This document shows, piece by piece, positions 43,666 through 52,886 of a stretch of 64,000 nt of DNA. Below the pieces are notes generated by a model. It worked only from the letters and a program-made list of their open reading frames with translations. It made no database searches and was not told the origin of the DNA. The translations under genes and the position numbers were made by a program. The stretch spans positions 384,001-448,000 of the forward strand of contig CAWBYW010000007.1 of the NCBI GenBank assembly GCA_963792965.1. The letters run 5' to 3'. The stretch comes from an uncultured delta proteobacterium (GTDB taxonomy: Bacteria > Desulfobacterota > Zymogenia > Zymogenales > Zymogenaceae). Numbering within the stretch: the first letter of the stretch is position 1; the number at the start of each line of letters is the position of its first letter.

Positions 43666-44526
43666 CTATAAACCGAGAAGCCTTTTGGCGTTCTCATACA
43701 GGAAGGCCCGCTTTACCTCGTCCTTGAGGGGGAGCGCCTCCGCCTCCGCCACCACGCGCTCGAAGCTGAGCAGCGGCCACTCGCTGGCGTAGAGGATCTG
43801 GTCTTTGAGGATGCTGTTTGCATACTGGACGAGGGTCTCCCACCCCGTCCCGGGCCGCCCGATATATTTCGGGCTGATGGCCCCGGTCTCGATATAGACG
43901 TTCTTGTGTTTCCAGGCCACCGCCACCATCTCGTTGACCCACGGCCAGCCGCCGTGGCTCGCGATCAGCTTCAGGTCCGGGAAGTCGCATGCAACGATGT
44001 CGAGGTTGATGGGCCTCCCGTAGAAGATCGGCCGGTTAAGCGACCAGTTGACACTCGTATGGACGGTCACCGGGACCCCCAGCTCACTTGCCACCTCGTA
44101 GACGGGATAAAACCGTCGGTCGTGAGCCTCCATCCTGTAGGCCCACGGCTGAAGGTTTACCCCCCTCATGCCGCTGTCGACCCAGTCTCGGATCTCGTGC
44201 GCCATGTCTTTGGACTCCTCCGGGTGAACGGTGCAATAACCGATGAACTTGTCCGGGTATTTTGTTACGATCTTATGAACGGCCCTGTTGAGGTGCTTAT
44301 AGTCGCCGAACTCCCATTCCGCCTGCATGACCGCGAGCACGATCCCGTTTTTTTCCATTGACTCCAGGAGTTGTTCGACCCCGAGGTCTATCTTGAGCGC
44401 GGTCTTATAGAGCTCGACATAGTGGCTCATCCAGTGGGGGACAAACGAAAGATCATTGGGGTCGGCGTTGGGGAACTCATCTTTGAATGGGAGCCGCACC
44501 CTGAAATCGATAATCTTGTCGGACAT
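43666..44526 (-). CDS. Amidohydrolase_2 family protein
   Basis: PVTVHT, DFPDLKLIASHGGWPW, NVYIE, YASEWP, ENAKRLL. Confidence 0.88.
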   Translation of the reverse strand: MSDKIIDFRVRLPFKDEFPNADPNDLSFVPHWMSHYVELYKTALKIDLGVEQLLESMEKNGIVLAVMQAEWEFGDYKHLNRAVHKIVTKYPDKFIGYCTVHPEESKDMAHEIRDWVDSGMRGVNLQPWAYRMEAHDRRFYPVYEVASELGVPVTVHTSVNWSLNRPIFYGRPINLDIVACDFPDLKLIASHGGWPWVNEMVAVAWKHKNVYIETGAISPKYIGRPGTGWETLVQYANSILKDQILYASEWPLLSFERVVAEAEALPLKDEVKRAFLYENAKRLLGL

Positions 44527-44645
44527 CTATTCCTCCTTATCCATCCGTTCTCTCTTCCTGTTCTTTCCTCAAGCCATCGGGCGGACGAGCCAACCTGAGC
44601 CGTGATGCGCACTCGTATTTAATGTGTTCTTATCCGCGCACTATA

Positions 44646-45233
44646 TTACTTTTCGATGGACGAAAAGATAATCGTGGTCAGCAGCGCCTTTATCGCTTCC
44701 AGATCGACCGAGCGCTCGTTGAAGACCCATTGGATCATAACGCCGTCGATGCACCCCTGGATGAGGGCGGCCGCGTTCGTGATATCGAGCTCGCGAAACT
44801 GTCCCGACGCCACGCCGCCCTCGAGGATCTCCGTAAGGATATTCGTGCAGCTCTTGTAGACCTTTTCGTTGAATTCCTTCTTATACTCAAGGTTGGACCA
44901 GAGCTCGACCTCGGCCTCGTAGTGAGTCCGATCCGCCATCATATGATCAAAGCTCGCATGGATGTATTCCCTGAGCATTTCTCTTGGCGAATCCTGGCCG
45001 TCCACGCGCTCCATGATTATTCTCCTTTGCTCCTCCAGAATCCGCTTCATAACGGCGGAGATAACCTGGTCTTTGCTCTTGAAGTAGTAGGTGATCACAC
45101 CCCGGCTGATGTCCGCCGTCTCAGCGATCTGGTCAAGAGTGGTCTTGACGTAACCCACGGAGGCGATGGAACCGATCGCGCTCTCTATGATCTGGTCTTT
45201 ACGAATATCCTCAATGATCGATTTTCGTGCCAT
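44646..45233 (-). CDS. TetR/AcrR family transcriptional regulator
   Basis: TTLDQIAETADISRGVITYYFKSK HTH. Confidence 0.92.
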   Translation of the reverse strand: MARKSIIEDIRKDQIIESAIGSIASVGYVKTTLDQIAETADISRGVITYYFKSKDQVISAVMKRILEEQRRIIMERVDGQDSPREMLREYIHASFDHMMADRTHYEAEVELWSNLEYKKEFNEKVYKSCTNILTEILEGGVASGQFRELDITNAAALIQGCIDGVMIQWVFNERSVDLEAIKALLTTIIFSSIEK

Positions 45234-45332
45234 GTTCCTTCCTTCTATTGGTCCCCATGCTGGGTGACCGCGACTTTATCGCACAGGTCTATTTATTATA
45301 CTGCCTATTCTTTTTTTTATCCGTTGCGCTTA

Positions 45333-45361
45333 TTTATAAGCGACACAGTTAGCTATGTCAA
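45333..45361 (-). promoter_or_regulatory. Sigma70 promoter with overlapping palindrome (likely TetR operator)
   Basis: Minus strand TTGACA-17 nt-TATAAA; GACACAG-TTAG-CTATGTC near-palindrome at 45342-45359. Confidence 0.65.
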
Positions 45362-45600
45362 GAAAAAAGGGCAATGGTATGCCCTTATAGGGTATTATTT
45401 TTTACGCGAATCGTGGTAGCGAGAAAAAGGATGGTGTCCGGCTCGGGCATGAAGAAACCGGCGAGTGCGAGGGGATGGTGCTGCCATTTCGGGCGGATAC
45501 TCGTGCCCGGACAGTCGCACGGTCGACCTATTTCGTCCCGGCCGTGCGACCGCCAAGTAGAGCCGGCAACGAAAGCTACGTGGTTAGACGGGATCGGTTG

Positions 45601-46194
45601 CTATTCCTCATAATAGAGCTCGTAGGCGCATTCGGCGTCTCCCTTCCCCCTGCAGAGCGTTTCCACGCAGCGCGCGGTCTTGAAGCCGACTATGTACAGC
45701 GCGATCCCTTCAAAGACCCCGCAGATGTAGGTACAGAAGCTCTTTTCGCCCTTCACACCGTCGCAGAGCGTACAGATGGGATTATGGTAAGTAACGTGAT
45801 CCTTATCAAAGTCAAAAAGCGGGGGCCGATTGATGCTCGCGGCGTAGTAATTCAGGACCGCCTTCAGCTTATCGATCTTCGGGATGGTCGCGTCCTCGGC
45901 AAGCTTCTTGATATCTTCGCTGTTATCGACAACGTGCTCGATCGTGCTCCTTCCCGCCCGCACGACGATCGCCGTGGTGCCCGAGGCCCCGATGATATCG
46001 TGAGACGCCCGGATGATCCGGTCGACGAATGCCTGGGGAAACTTCTCCTGTTCGGAATATCCCGGGGGATTATCGATCAGCTCCCTGAGCCCCGCGTAAT
46101 TGAGGATGGAGTTCTTTCCACCCGTCCCGAGGATGTCTTCATATGAATCGATAACGACTCTCAGGGCCAACGAAGTTATCTCGTCCTTTTCCAT
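45601..46194 (-). CDS. Stand-alone V4R (4-vinyl reductase) domain protein
   Basis: CTLC, FCTYICGVFEG and ETLCRGKGDAECAY motifs. Confidence 0.85.
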   Translation of the reverse strand: MEKDEITSLALRVVIDSYEDILGTGGKNSILNYAGLRELIDNPPGYSEQEKFPQAFVDRIIRASHDIIGASGTTAIVVRAGRSTIEHVVDNSEDIKKLAEDATIPKIDKLKAVLNYYAASINRPPLFDFDKDHVTYHNPICTLCDGVKGEKSFCTYICGVFEGIALYIVGFKTARCVETLCRGKGDAECAYELYYEE

Positions 46195-46365
46195 TGCCAC
46201 CTCCACAGCGAAAAAGAAACCATAGAATACGACTGACTGCGCGACCTGTTATAATGCGGCTCCGCGTCGTGTCGGTGTCAAGGGAAAAATGAAATTTATC
46301 GGAAAATTTTTTCGAAACCCGTCCGGGGTCGCACACGACGGCAGGCGTCCTTGCTCCGGAGAACC

Positions 46366-48096
46366 CTACGCCTGAGGTTCGCTGATCGCAGCCTCTTGCG
46401 ACCTCTCCGATTCACGCTCGAGCACGAGAAGCATCCGCCGCTCGAGCTGGTCGATCAGGGGGCCGAGGGTGGAGGAATCGTTGGCGGAGATGAAGACGGC
46501 ATCATCCTGCGATCCGAGCCTCGCCAGGACGTCGGTCGGAACTAAGTCGATCTTGTTGAAGACGATCAACACCGGGATGTCGGTAAGTCCCAGTTCTTCG
46601 AGGATCTTATCCACCGCCTCGATGCGCGCCTCGTAGCGCGGGTCGGACGCGTCCACCACGTGGACCAGGAGATCGGCGCCCCTCAGCTCGTCCAGCGTCG
46701 CCGAAAAGGCGGTCATCAGCTCCTTGGGAAGGTCCCGGATAAATCCGACGGTATCGGTGATGATGACCTCGATGTCCCGCGGGAAGCGGAGCCGTCGGCT
46801 CGAGGGATCAAGCGTCGCAAAGAGCATGTTCCGGGCGTCGACGTCGCTTTTCGTGAGCGTGTTCAGGAGCGTCGATTTGCCCGCGTTGGTATAGCCGATG
46901 ATCGAGATGATCGGCAGGCCCTTCTTGACCCGCTGGGATCGCTGCTGCCCCCGGTCCCTCCCGATCTGCTTGATCTCCCGCTCCAGGCGATGGATCCGGT
47001 CCCGGGCGCGTCGTCGGTTGATCTCGAGCTTCGTCTCGCCCGGCCCCCTCCCCCCGATGCCGCCGGTGAGCCGGCTCATGGCGGTGTTCTTCGTGATGAG
47101 CCGGGGCAGCATATATTTGAGCTGCGCGAGCTCCACCTGGATCTTGCCCTGCCGGCTCTTGGCCCGCTGCGCGAAGATGTCGAGGATCACCTGGGTCCGG
47201 TCGATGACGGACAGCTCCGTAAAATCGGTGATCGTCCTGACCTGATCGGCCATGAGCTCCCCGTCGAAGACGAGCATGTTGGCGCCCATCTGCTGGGCCC
47301 GGATGACGATGTCGCTGAGCTTCCCCTTTCCGAGAACCCATTTGGAGTCAGGCCTGTCGCGCCTCTGGATTACCGTGTCCAGCACCGTGAGCCCCGAGGT
47401 CCGGCAGAGCTCCTTGAGCTCGTCTATCGAATCGCCCGGATCGACGCCACGGCCGTAGTAGGCCCCGAAGAGGATGGCCCCCTCCTGCTCCTTGACCCTC
47501 CGCGCACGGAATTTCCTGACGAACTCCTCCTCGAGCGACGTGATGAGCCGGGAAAAATCGATGTCGAGCCGGTGGATCGAGATGGGATCCAGCCGCGTCC
47601 AGACCTGTCCGTCCCCGTTTTCCGCCACCAGGTGCGCGATATGGATCTCCCCCGGGAGCCCGCCGTCCGTCACCTCAAGGGCCGCCATCAGGTCCAGGCG
47701 CAACAGCGCCAGGTCCGAGAGGTCGTCCTGAGTAAGTGGCTCTCCCTTCAGGTGCGTGTGGACGGAGCGCAGGCCCCGAAGTCGGGCAGGGCCCATCCGG
47801 AAGCGAGAGATGTCGGGGATGACCACCATCGAGCTGTCCCCGATGATCACGTACTCAATGTTTCCTTTGCGGTCGATGAGGGTGCATATCTGCCGGCGAA
47901 TCTCGCCGGAGATCTCGGTGAGGGAGCGCGCAAGCTCCGGTGTGATGATTCTATCGGTGGGAACGCGGCGGCGGTAGAGGTTCAGAAGCCTCTTTTCCTC
48001 GCTCGATTTGAGGCCGTTGGTGTTGCCGTAAAGTTTCGTGTTGCTTCCTTTACCCTTGCAATGACTCGTCTTCTTCCATATAATAGTATACGACAT
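46366..48096 (-). CDS. hflX: GTPase HflX, long N-terminal form (start uncertain)
   Basis: ILDIFAQRA, GGRGPGETKLE, GYTNAGKST, LFATLD, DTVGF, NKID. Confidence 0.95.
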   Translation of the reverse strand: MSYTIIWKKTSHCKGKGSNTKLYGNTNGLKSSEEKRLLNLYRRRVPTDRIITPELARSLTEISGEIRRQICTLIDRKGNIEYVIIGDSSMVVIPDISRFRMGPARLRGLRSVHTHLKGEPLTQDDLSDLALLRLDLMAALEVTDGGLPGEIHIAHLVAENGDGQVWTRLDPISIHRLDIDFSRLITSLEEEFVRKFRARRVKEQEGAILFGAYYGRGVDPGDSIDELKELCRTSGLTVLDTVIQRRDRPDSKWVLGKGKLSDIVIRAQQMGANMLVFDGELMADQVRTITDFTELSVIDRTQVILDIFAQRAKSRQGKIQVELAQLKYMLPRLITKNTAMSRLTGGIGGRGPGETKLEINRRRARDRIHRLEREIKQIGRDRGQQRSQRVKKGLPIISIIGYTNAGKSTLLNTLTKSDVDARNMLFATLDPSSRRLRFPRDIEVIITDTVGFIRDLPKELMTAFSATLDELRGADLLVHVVDASDPRYEARIEAVDKILEELGLTDIPVLIVFNKIDLVPTDVLARLGSQDDAVFISANDSSTLGPLIDQLERRMLLVLERESERSQEAAISEPQA

Positions 48097-48154
48097 CGGC
48101 GGAAAATTTCAAGGACTTTATGCGGCCCCCGAAAGACACAAGGGAGGCTTTTTT

Positions 48155-49241
48155 ATGAGACGAGGGACGGCCACGCTGCCGCTGCATGGCGGCAAGGCCC
48201 CGGCCTGGCTGATGAACCGGATGGTCAGGCTCGCCCGGGAGATGATCGTCATCATCGTATCCGACTTCGGGCCCGTGGAAGTGCTCCGGCGCCTGTCGGA
48301 CCCCTTCTGGTTTCAGTCCTTCGGCTGTCTCTTGGGGTTCGACTGGCACTCAAGCGGCGTCACCACCACGGTATCCGCGGCCGTCAAGGAAGGGATCGCC
48401 GGGATGGAGCACGAGCTCTCGCTCTTTGCCGCCGGCGGAAAGGGTGCGCGCTCCCGCAGAACCCCCGACGAGATCATGGCCCGGGGCGACTCGATGACGG
48501 TCGACCCTAATCACCTCGTCTACCTCTCACGGTTGGTCGCCAAGGTGGACAACAACGCCGTCATGGACGGCCACCAGCTCTACATCCACAATTTCTTCTT
48601 CACCCCGGACGGGCACTGGGCCGTTGTCCAGCAGGGGATGAACGACCAGACCGGTACCGCCCGGCGCTACCACTGGCTCTCCGACACGGTTGTTGACCCG
48701 ACCGACGAGCCCCACGCGGCCATCTGCGGAGAGACCCGGATCGACAGCGTCATGAACCTCACCGATCACCGGGCCGGCGATGCCCGGGTGCTGGCCACCG
48801 AGCTTTCTCACGAGCACCCGGACAGGATCGCCGCCGAGATCGAGTCGATCAAGCGCCTCGAGCTGCCGAGCCGCCACGAGGTGCTTGCCGCCGATATCGA
48901 TCCGAAGCGAATCTATAAGATCCTCCTGTCGACCTACGAGCGCCGCCCCAAGGACTTCGAAGAGCTCCTGGCTGCAACAGGGCGTCGGGCCCAAGACGAT
49001 CCGGGCGCTGGCGCTGATCAGTGAGGTGCTCTACGGCACACCCGCGTCGTTTTCGGACCCCGCCCGCTTCAGCTTCGCCCACGGGGGGAAGGACGGCCAC
49101 CCCTACCCCGTCGACCGAGAGAACTACGACCGCTCGATTGACCTGTTGAGGCGCGTTGCCCACGCCGCGAAGATCGGCATGACCGAAAAGAAGGAGGCAT
49201 TGCAGACGCCTCGATACTTTTTACCGGAACTTTTCCCATGA
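48155..49241 (+). CDS. DUF763 domain protein (apparent frameshift near 48970-48980)
   Basis: LPLHGGKAP, DWHSSGVTT, VQQGM, then GVGPKTIRAL and FAHGGKDGHPYPVD in the next frame. Confidence 0.88.
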
Positions 49242-49895
49242 AACATCAGAGACTTGAGAACGTGGCGGCCGTCGTCTTCGATTTCGACGGGACGCTGGCC
49301 GAGCTGAACATCGATTTCCCCGCGCTCTACGTCAGGCTCTTCGAGACTGACCGAGCGCTACGGCGTCGACCGCGCGGCGCTCAAAGAGGTCTATCTCGTC
49401 GAGCTGATCGACGAGATCACAGCTTTGCTGGGCGACGGCGCGGGGAAAAACTTCCTTGCCGAGGCAAATCGGCTCGTCGTCGATACCGAGGTCGCCGCAG
49501 CCCGGCACGCCTCGCTCTTTCCCGGCTCGCGCGATCTCATCTCGGCGCTCAGGAAGAAGGGGATTCGGGTGGGGCTGGTCACCCGCAACTGCGGCGCGGC
49601 GGTGCTGGCCGTCTATCCCGAGGCCCAGGCCGAGGTAGACGCCTTCCTGCCACGGGAGGCCGTGGCCCACGTCAAGCCACACCCCGATCATCTCCAAAAG
49701 GTGCTGGCGCTGCTGGGGAGTGAGGCCGCGCGCTCGGTCATGGTGGGGGACCACCCCATCGACATCACGGCGGCGCTGGCCGTCGGGATGGTGCCGGTGG
49801 GCGTCACCACCGGCCACACGACGCGCGACCAGCTTGCCGACGCGGGGGCGGTGCTGGTGCTCGACACGGTGGTGGAGCTCTTGGGATACGTCTAA
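49238..49895 (+). CDS. HAD-superfamily hydrolase (apparent frameshift near 49346)
   Basis: FDFDGTL motif I; VTRN, KPHP and MVGD motifs in the next frame. Confidence 0.85.
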
Positions 49896-49897
49896 GG

Positions 49898-50081
49898 CGT
49901 AGGGATGGCATACATGCCGCCCCTACGATGGTACAGCCGTCCCAATCCCTCGTAGGGACACGACTTGTCGTGTCCGTGGCCCGGATGATAGTGGGACCGA
50001 TGCCGGCAACGCGGGCGGACTTAATTACAGAGATGACGGCCTTGTTACATTCCGGCGGGCGCCACATGTGGTGCCCCTACG
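49898..50081. repeat. Cluster of GTAG-type REP-like palindromes
   Basis: CGTAGGG...CCCTACG (49898-49927); CGTAGGGACACGACTTGTCGTGTCCG (49951-49976); inverted partner CGGGCGCCACATGTGGTGCCCCTACG (50056-50081). Confidence 0.65.
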
Positions 50082-50120
50082 GTCATTATCGACGACACTC
50101 TATCGGCACATACGATTGAT

Positions 50121-51152
50121 ATGAAGAAGAACAACACGAAGCTCCCCACGGGAAAACTGAAGTACGAGCTCTTGGGAAAGATCCTTTCCGATTTTGAGAT
50201 TGCGGACCCCCGCGTGATCGTGGGGCCCCGGATCGGCGAGGATGCCGCGGTCATCGACATGGGTGACTCGTACCTGATCGCCACGGCCGACCCCATCACG
50301 TTCACCGCCGGCAACATCGGGTACTACGCCATCAACGTCAACGCCAACGACATCGCCGTCCACGGCGCGGCCCCGAAGTGGTTTTTGGCCACGATCCTCT
50401 TGCCGCTGGACACGAGCGACGAGGCGGCGGCGCGTCGAATCTTCGGCGAGCTCAAGCAGGCGATGGCGCCGCTCGGGGTGACGCTCGTGGGCGGCCACAC
50501 GGAGGTGACCGACGCCGTGAACCGGCCCGTGGTGAGCGGCCTGATGCTGGGCGAAGTAAAAAAGGGCCCGGTCATCACGACGAGCGGAGCGCGCCCCGGC
50601 GACCTGGTCTTTTTGACGAAGGGCGTGCCCGTCGAGGGGACGGCGATCATCGCCCAGGAAAAAGAGGCGGAGCTCTTGAAGAAGGGCATCGACCCGGACA
50701 CGATCCGGCGGGCAAAGCGGTTCCTTGTCGACCCCGGCCTCAGCATCGTGAAGGAGGCGCTGTTGGCCGCACGCACCGCCCCGGTCTCCTCGATGCACGA
50801 CCCCACCGAGGGGGGGCTTTCCGCGGGGCTCAACGAGATCGCGATAGCCGCCGGCGTCTCGATCACGGTGCGCGAGGCGGCGATCCCGGTCTACCCCGAG
50901 GGGAAGGTGCTGTGCGACGCCTTCGGGATAGACCCGCTCGGCACGATCGCCTCCGGCGCGCTCGTCTTCACCGCCGCCCCCGCCCACAGGGCGGCAATCG
51001 AATCGGCCTTTAAAAAGGAGCGGATCGCCCTCTCGGTCATCGGGGAGGTCGCGGATAAATCAAACGAGCGGGTCTGGATCGTCCGGACCGACGGAAAGAC
51101 GGAGCCCCTCCCCTACCACGAGCGGGACGAGATATTGAAGGTGTTTGAGTGA
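50121..51152 (+). CDS. AIR synthase-related protein (HypE/ThiL-like)
   Basis: GEDAAVID, DPITF, NANDIA, GGHTEVT, MHDPTEGG. Confidence 0.9.
   Translation: MKKNNTKLPTGKLKYELLGKILSDFEIADPRVIVGPRIGEDAAVIDMGDSYLIATADPITFTAGNIGYYAINVNANDIAVHGAAPKWFLATILLPLDTSDEAAARRIFGELKQAMAPLGVTLVGGHTEVTDAVNRPVVSGLMLGEVKKGPVITTSGARPGDLVFLTKGVPVEGTAIIAQEKEAELLKKGIDPDTIRRAKRFLVDPGLSIVKEALLAARTAPVSSMHDPTEGGLSAGLNEIAIAAGVSITVREAAIPVYPEGKVLCDAFGIDPLGTIASGALVFTAAPAHRAAIESAFKKERIALSVIGEVADKSNERVWIVRTDGKTEPLPYHERDEILKVFE
51101..51152 (+). repeat. Direct repeat A, copy 1 (native 3' end of the AIR synthase-like gene)
   Basis: GGAGCCCCTCCCCTACCACGAGCGGGACGAGATATTGAAGGTGTTTGAGTGA. Confidence 0.95.
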
Positions 51153-51270
51153 CGGTCTTAAGGCTCCCCGCTCCGGCTCGGATAGTTTTCGGTTGCTTTG
51201 GGCGGACGGCGGCATAGGATCTCGATAAAAACCCGCTCTCTCTGCGGCGTAATTAAATAAGGAGTAAAAT

Positions 51271-51647
51271 ATGAAAGCCAACCGTATCGCGCTATTTGTC
51301 GTCATCGCCATTTTCTCCTGGCCGCCCTGCCGCTCCTCGCCGCACCCTTCGTCGCCGATCCGGCGGCCAAAGACGTGTCCATTGACATAGCCGCGATGAA
51401 TGCTTCCGTGGATCCTGACGACATCACCGTCTACGCCGGGCAAAATGTAACGCTCAATGTCACCTGCGTCGAGGCATGGCGAATGAACCGCACCTGGTTC
51501 AAGCTCGACGAATTCGGCGCCGTAGGCCCTGTCTTTAAGGGAAAGACCAAGAGCTTTACATTTACCGTCGAAAAGATCGGCGAGTATCCCTTTACGGCCG
51601 GCGACATGAAAGGAGTCCTCAGGGTCGTGCCGAAACCGGAGAAGTGA
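51271..51647 (+). CDS. Secreted cupredoxin-fold protein (apparent frameshift in T-run near 51312)
   Basis: AAGGAG RBS; signal MKANRIALFVVIAIF(LLAALPLLA); PDDITVYAGQNVTL...GEYPF...MKGVLRV. Confidence 0.7.
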
Positions 51648-51680
51648 AGGTCTGCGGCAAAGTACTGACCCAATGAAAGG

Positions 51681-51729
51681 GCCCCTCCCCTACCACGAGC
51701 GTGACGAGATATTGAAGGTGTTTACGTAG
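51681..51729 (+). repeat. Direct repeat A, copy 2
   Basis: GCCCCTCCCCTACCACGAGCGTGACGAGATATTGAAGGTGTTT (42/43 to copy 1), then ACG TAG. Confidence 0.95.
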
Positions 51730-51846
51730 GTCGCCCCGTCGCTCGACGGACGGACAAGTCGATGGGAAAAAGCTCGCCTTTTTATCAGACGAAATCAGAC
51801 CGAAACAACCAGCCGGGATTATTTTAACAGACGGATGAGTTTTCTC

Positions 51847-51876
51847 TTGACATTAGCTATATCAGTCTGATATATA
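51847..51876 (+). promoter_or_regulatory. Sigma70 promoter with embedded palindromic operator
   Basis: TTGACA at 51847; TATATCAG-T-CTGATATA perfect inverted repeat at 51858-51874 overlapping the -10. Confidence 0.6.
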
Positions 51877-51935
51877 GCATACTATCATATAGATCTCTTG
51901 TCAGATGTCAAAGGACGATACGGAGGAGTAGTGAC

Positions 51936-52814
51936 ATGAAGCTGACTTTCAGGGTCTTCATCCCGTTTCTGGTGGGCGTGGCGATCGCCGTGCTCCTCTA
52001 CGAAACGACGGGGTGGTGGAAATTTCTCTTTCTCTTTACCTGGATCGGCGGCTGGATCACCGCGGGGGCCATCGTGGCCGCCTACCGGAAGGGGCTCAAG
52101 CGCGACATCGGCAGGAGGATCTCCATCCTCGTCATCGGCCTTACGCTACTGATATTTTTGGGCGTCTTTGAGCACGAGAACCTCCAGATCGAGGAGACCG
52201 TCTTTTACCTTGCGTTCTTTTTGGCCGGGGGCGCGTTTACGCGGGTGCTCATCCACTATGCGGTGGCCAAGGTCTTCGGACCGCTGCTTTTCCGGAGGGG
52301 GTTTTGCGGATGGGCCTGCTGGACGGCCGGGATACTGGAGTGGCTGCCGATCAAGGGCAACCCGCCGATCCCCACAAAATGGACCTACCTGCGCTGGCCG
52401 GTGCTCGTCGTTTCGCTCGCGATACCGCTCGGTTTCCTTTTCCACGGCTACGACTACATGACCCTTCACATCGACCCGACGCTCGGCAAGTGGGGGCAGT
52501 TCCACTGGTTTCTGATCAGCAACGCGCTCTATTTCGTCAGCGCCATCGGCCTTGCCTTTGCCTTCGGGAAAAAGAGGGCCTTCTGCAAGGTCCTGTGCCC
52601 GGTCTCGCTGGTCATGAAGGTCCCCTCCTCCGTCGGCCGCCTCACCAGACGCCCCACCGGCGAAAAATGCACCGAATGCGGCGCCTGCAACAAGGTCTGC
52701 CCGATGGACGTGGACGTGATGGGCGATATCAGCAAAGGCGCGCGCGTCCGCTCCACGGAGTGCATCCTCTGCAACCAGTGCAAGAACGTCTGCCCGGTAA
52801 GGGCGATTGCGTGA
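51936..52814 (+). CDS. Membrane 4Fe-4S binding protein (NapH/YccM-like)
   Basis: TM helices, FCGWAC and FCKVLCP motifs, two CxxCxxCxxxCP ferredoxin motifs. Confidence 0.9.
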   Translation: MKLTFRVFIPFLVGVAIAVLLYETTGWWKFLFLFTWIGGWITAGAIVAAYRKGLKRDIGRRISILVIGLTLLIFLGVFEHENLQIEETVFYLAFFLAGGAFTRVLIHYAVAKVFGPLLFRRGFCGWACWTAGILEWLPIKGNPPIPTKWTYLRWPVLVVSLAIPLGFLFHGYDYMTLHIDPTLGKWGQFHWFLISNALYFVSAIGLAFAFGKKRAFCKVLCPVSLVMKVPSSVGRLTRRPTGEKCTECGACNKVCPMDVDVMGDISKGARVRSTECILCNQCKNVCPVRAIA

Positions 52815-52833
52815 GAGGAAAGGATGAGATAGA

Positions 52834-52885
52834 GGAGCCCCTCCCCTACCACGAGCGGGACGAGATACTGAAGGTGTTTGAATGA
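52834..52885 (+). repeat. Direct repeat A, copy 3
   Basis: GGAGCCCCTCCCCTACCACGAGCGGGACGAGATACTGAAGGTGTTTGAATGA (50/52 to copy 1). Confidence 0.95.
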
Positions 52886-52886
52886 T

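Noticed and set aside
46660-48510. Long antisense or alternate-frame ORFs (e.g. 46660-48510, 111-1058, 8288-9562, 20462-21979, 33481-34782)
   Set aside because: Shadow ORFs typical of GC-rich DNA, overlapping well-supported genes and lacking recognisable motifs.
51101-52885. Repeat A as a CRISPR array or integron attC sites
   Set aside because: The intervals are ~530 and ~1100 bp and contain genes; the repeat is coding sequence, is not palindromic, lacks RYYYAAC/GTTRRRY ends, and no cas or intI gene is present.
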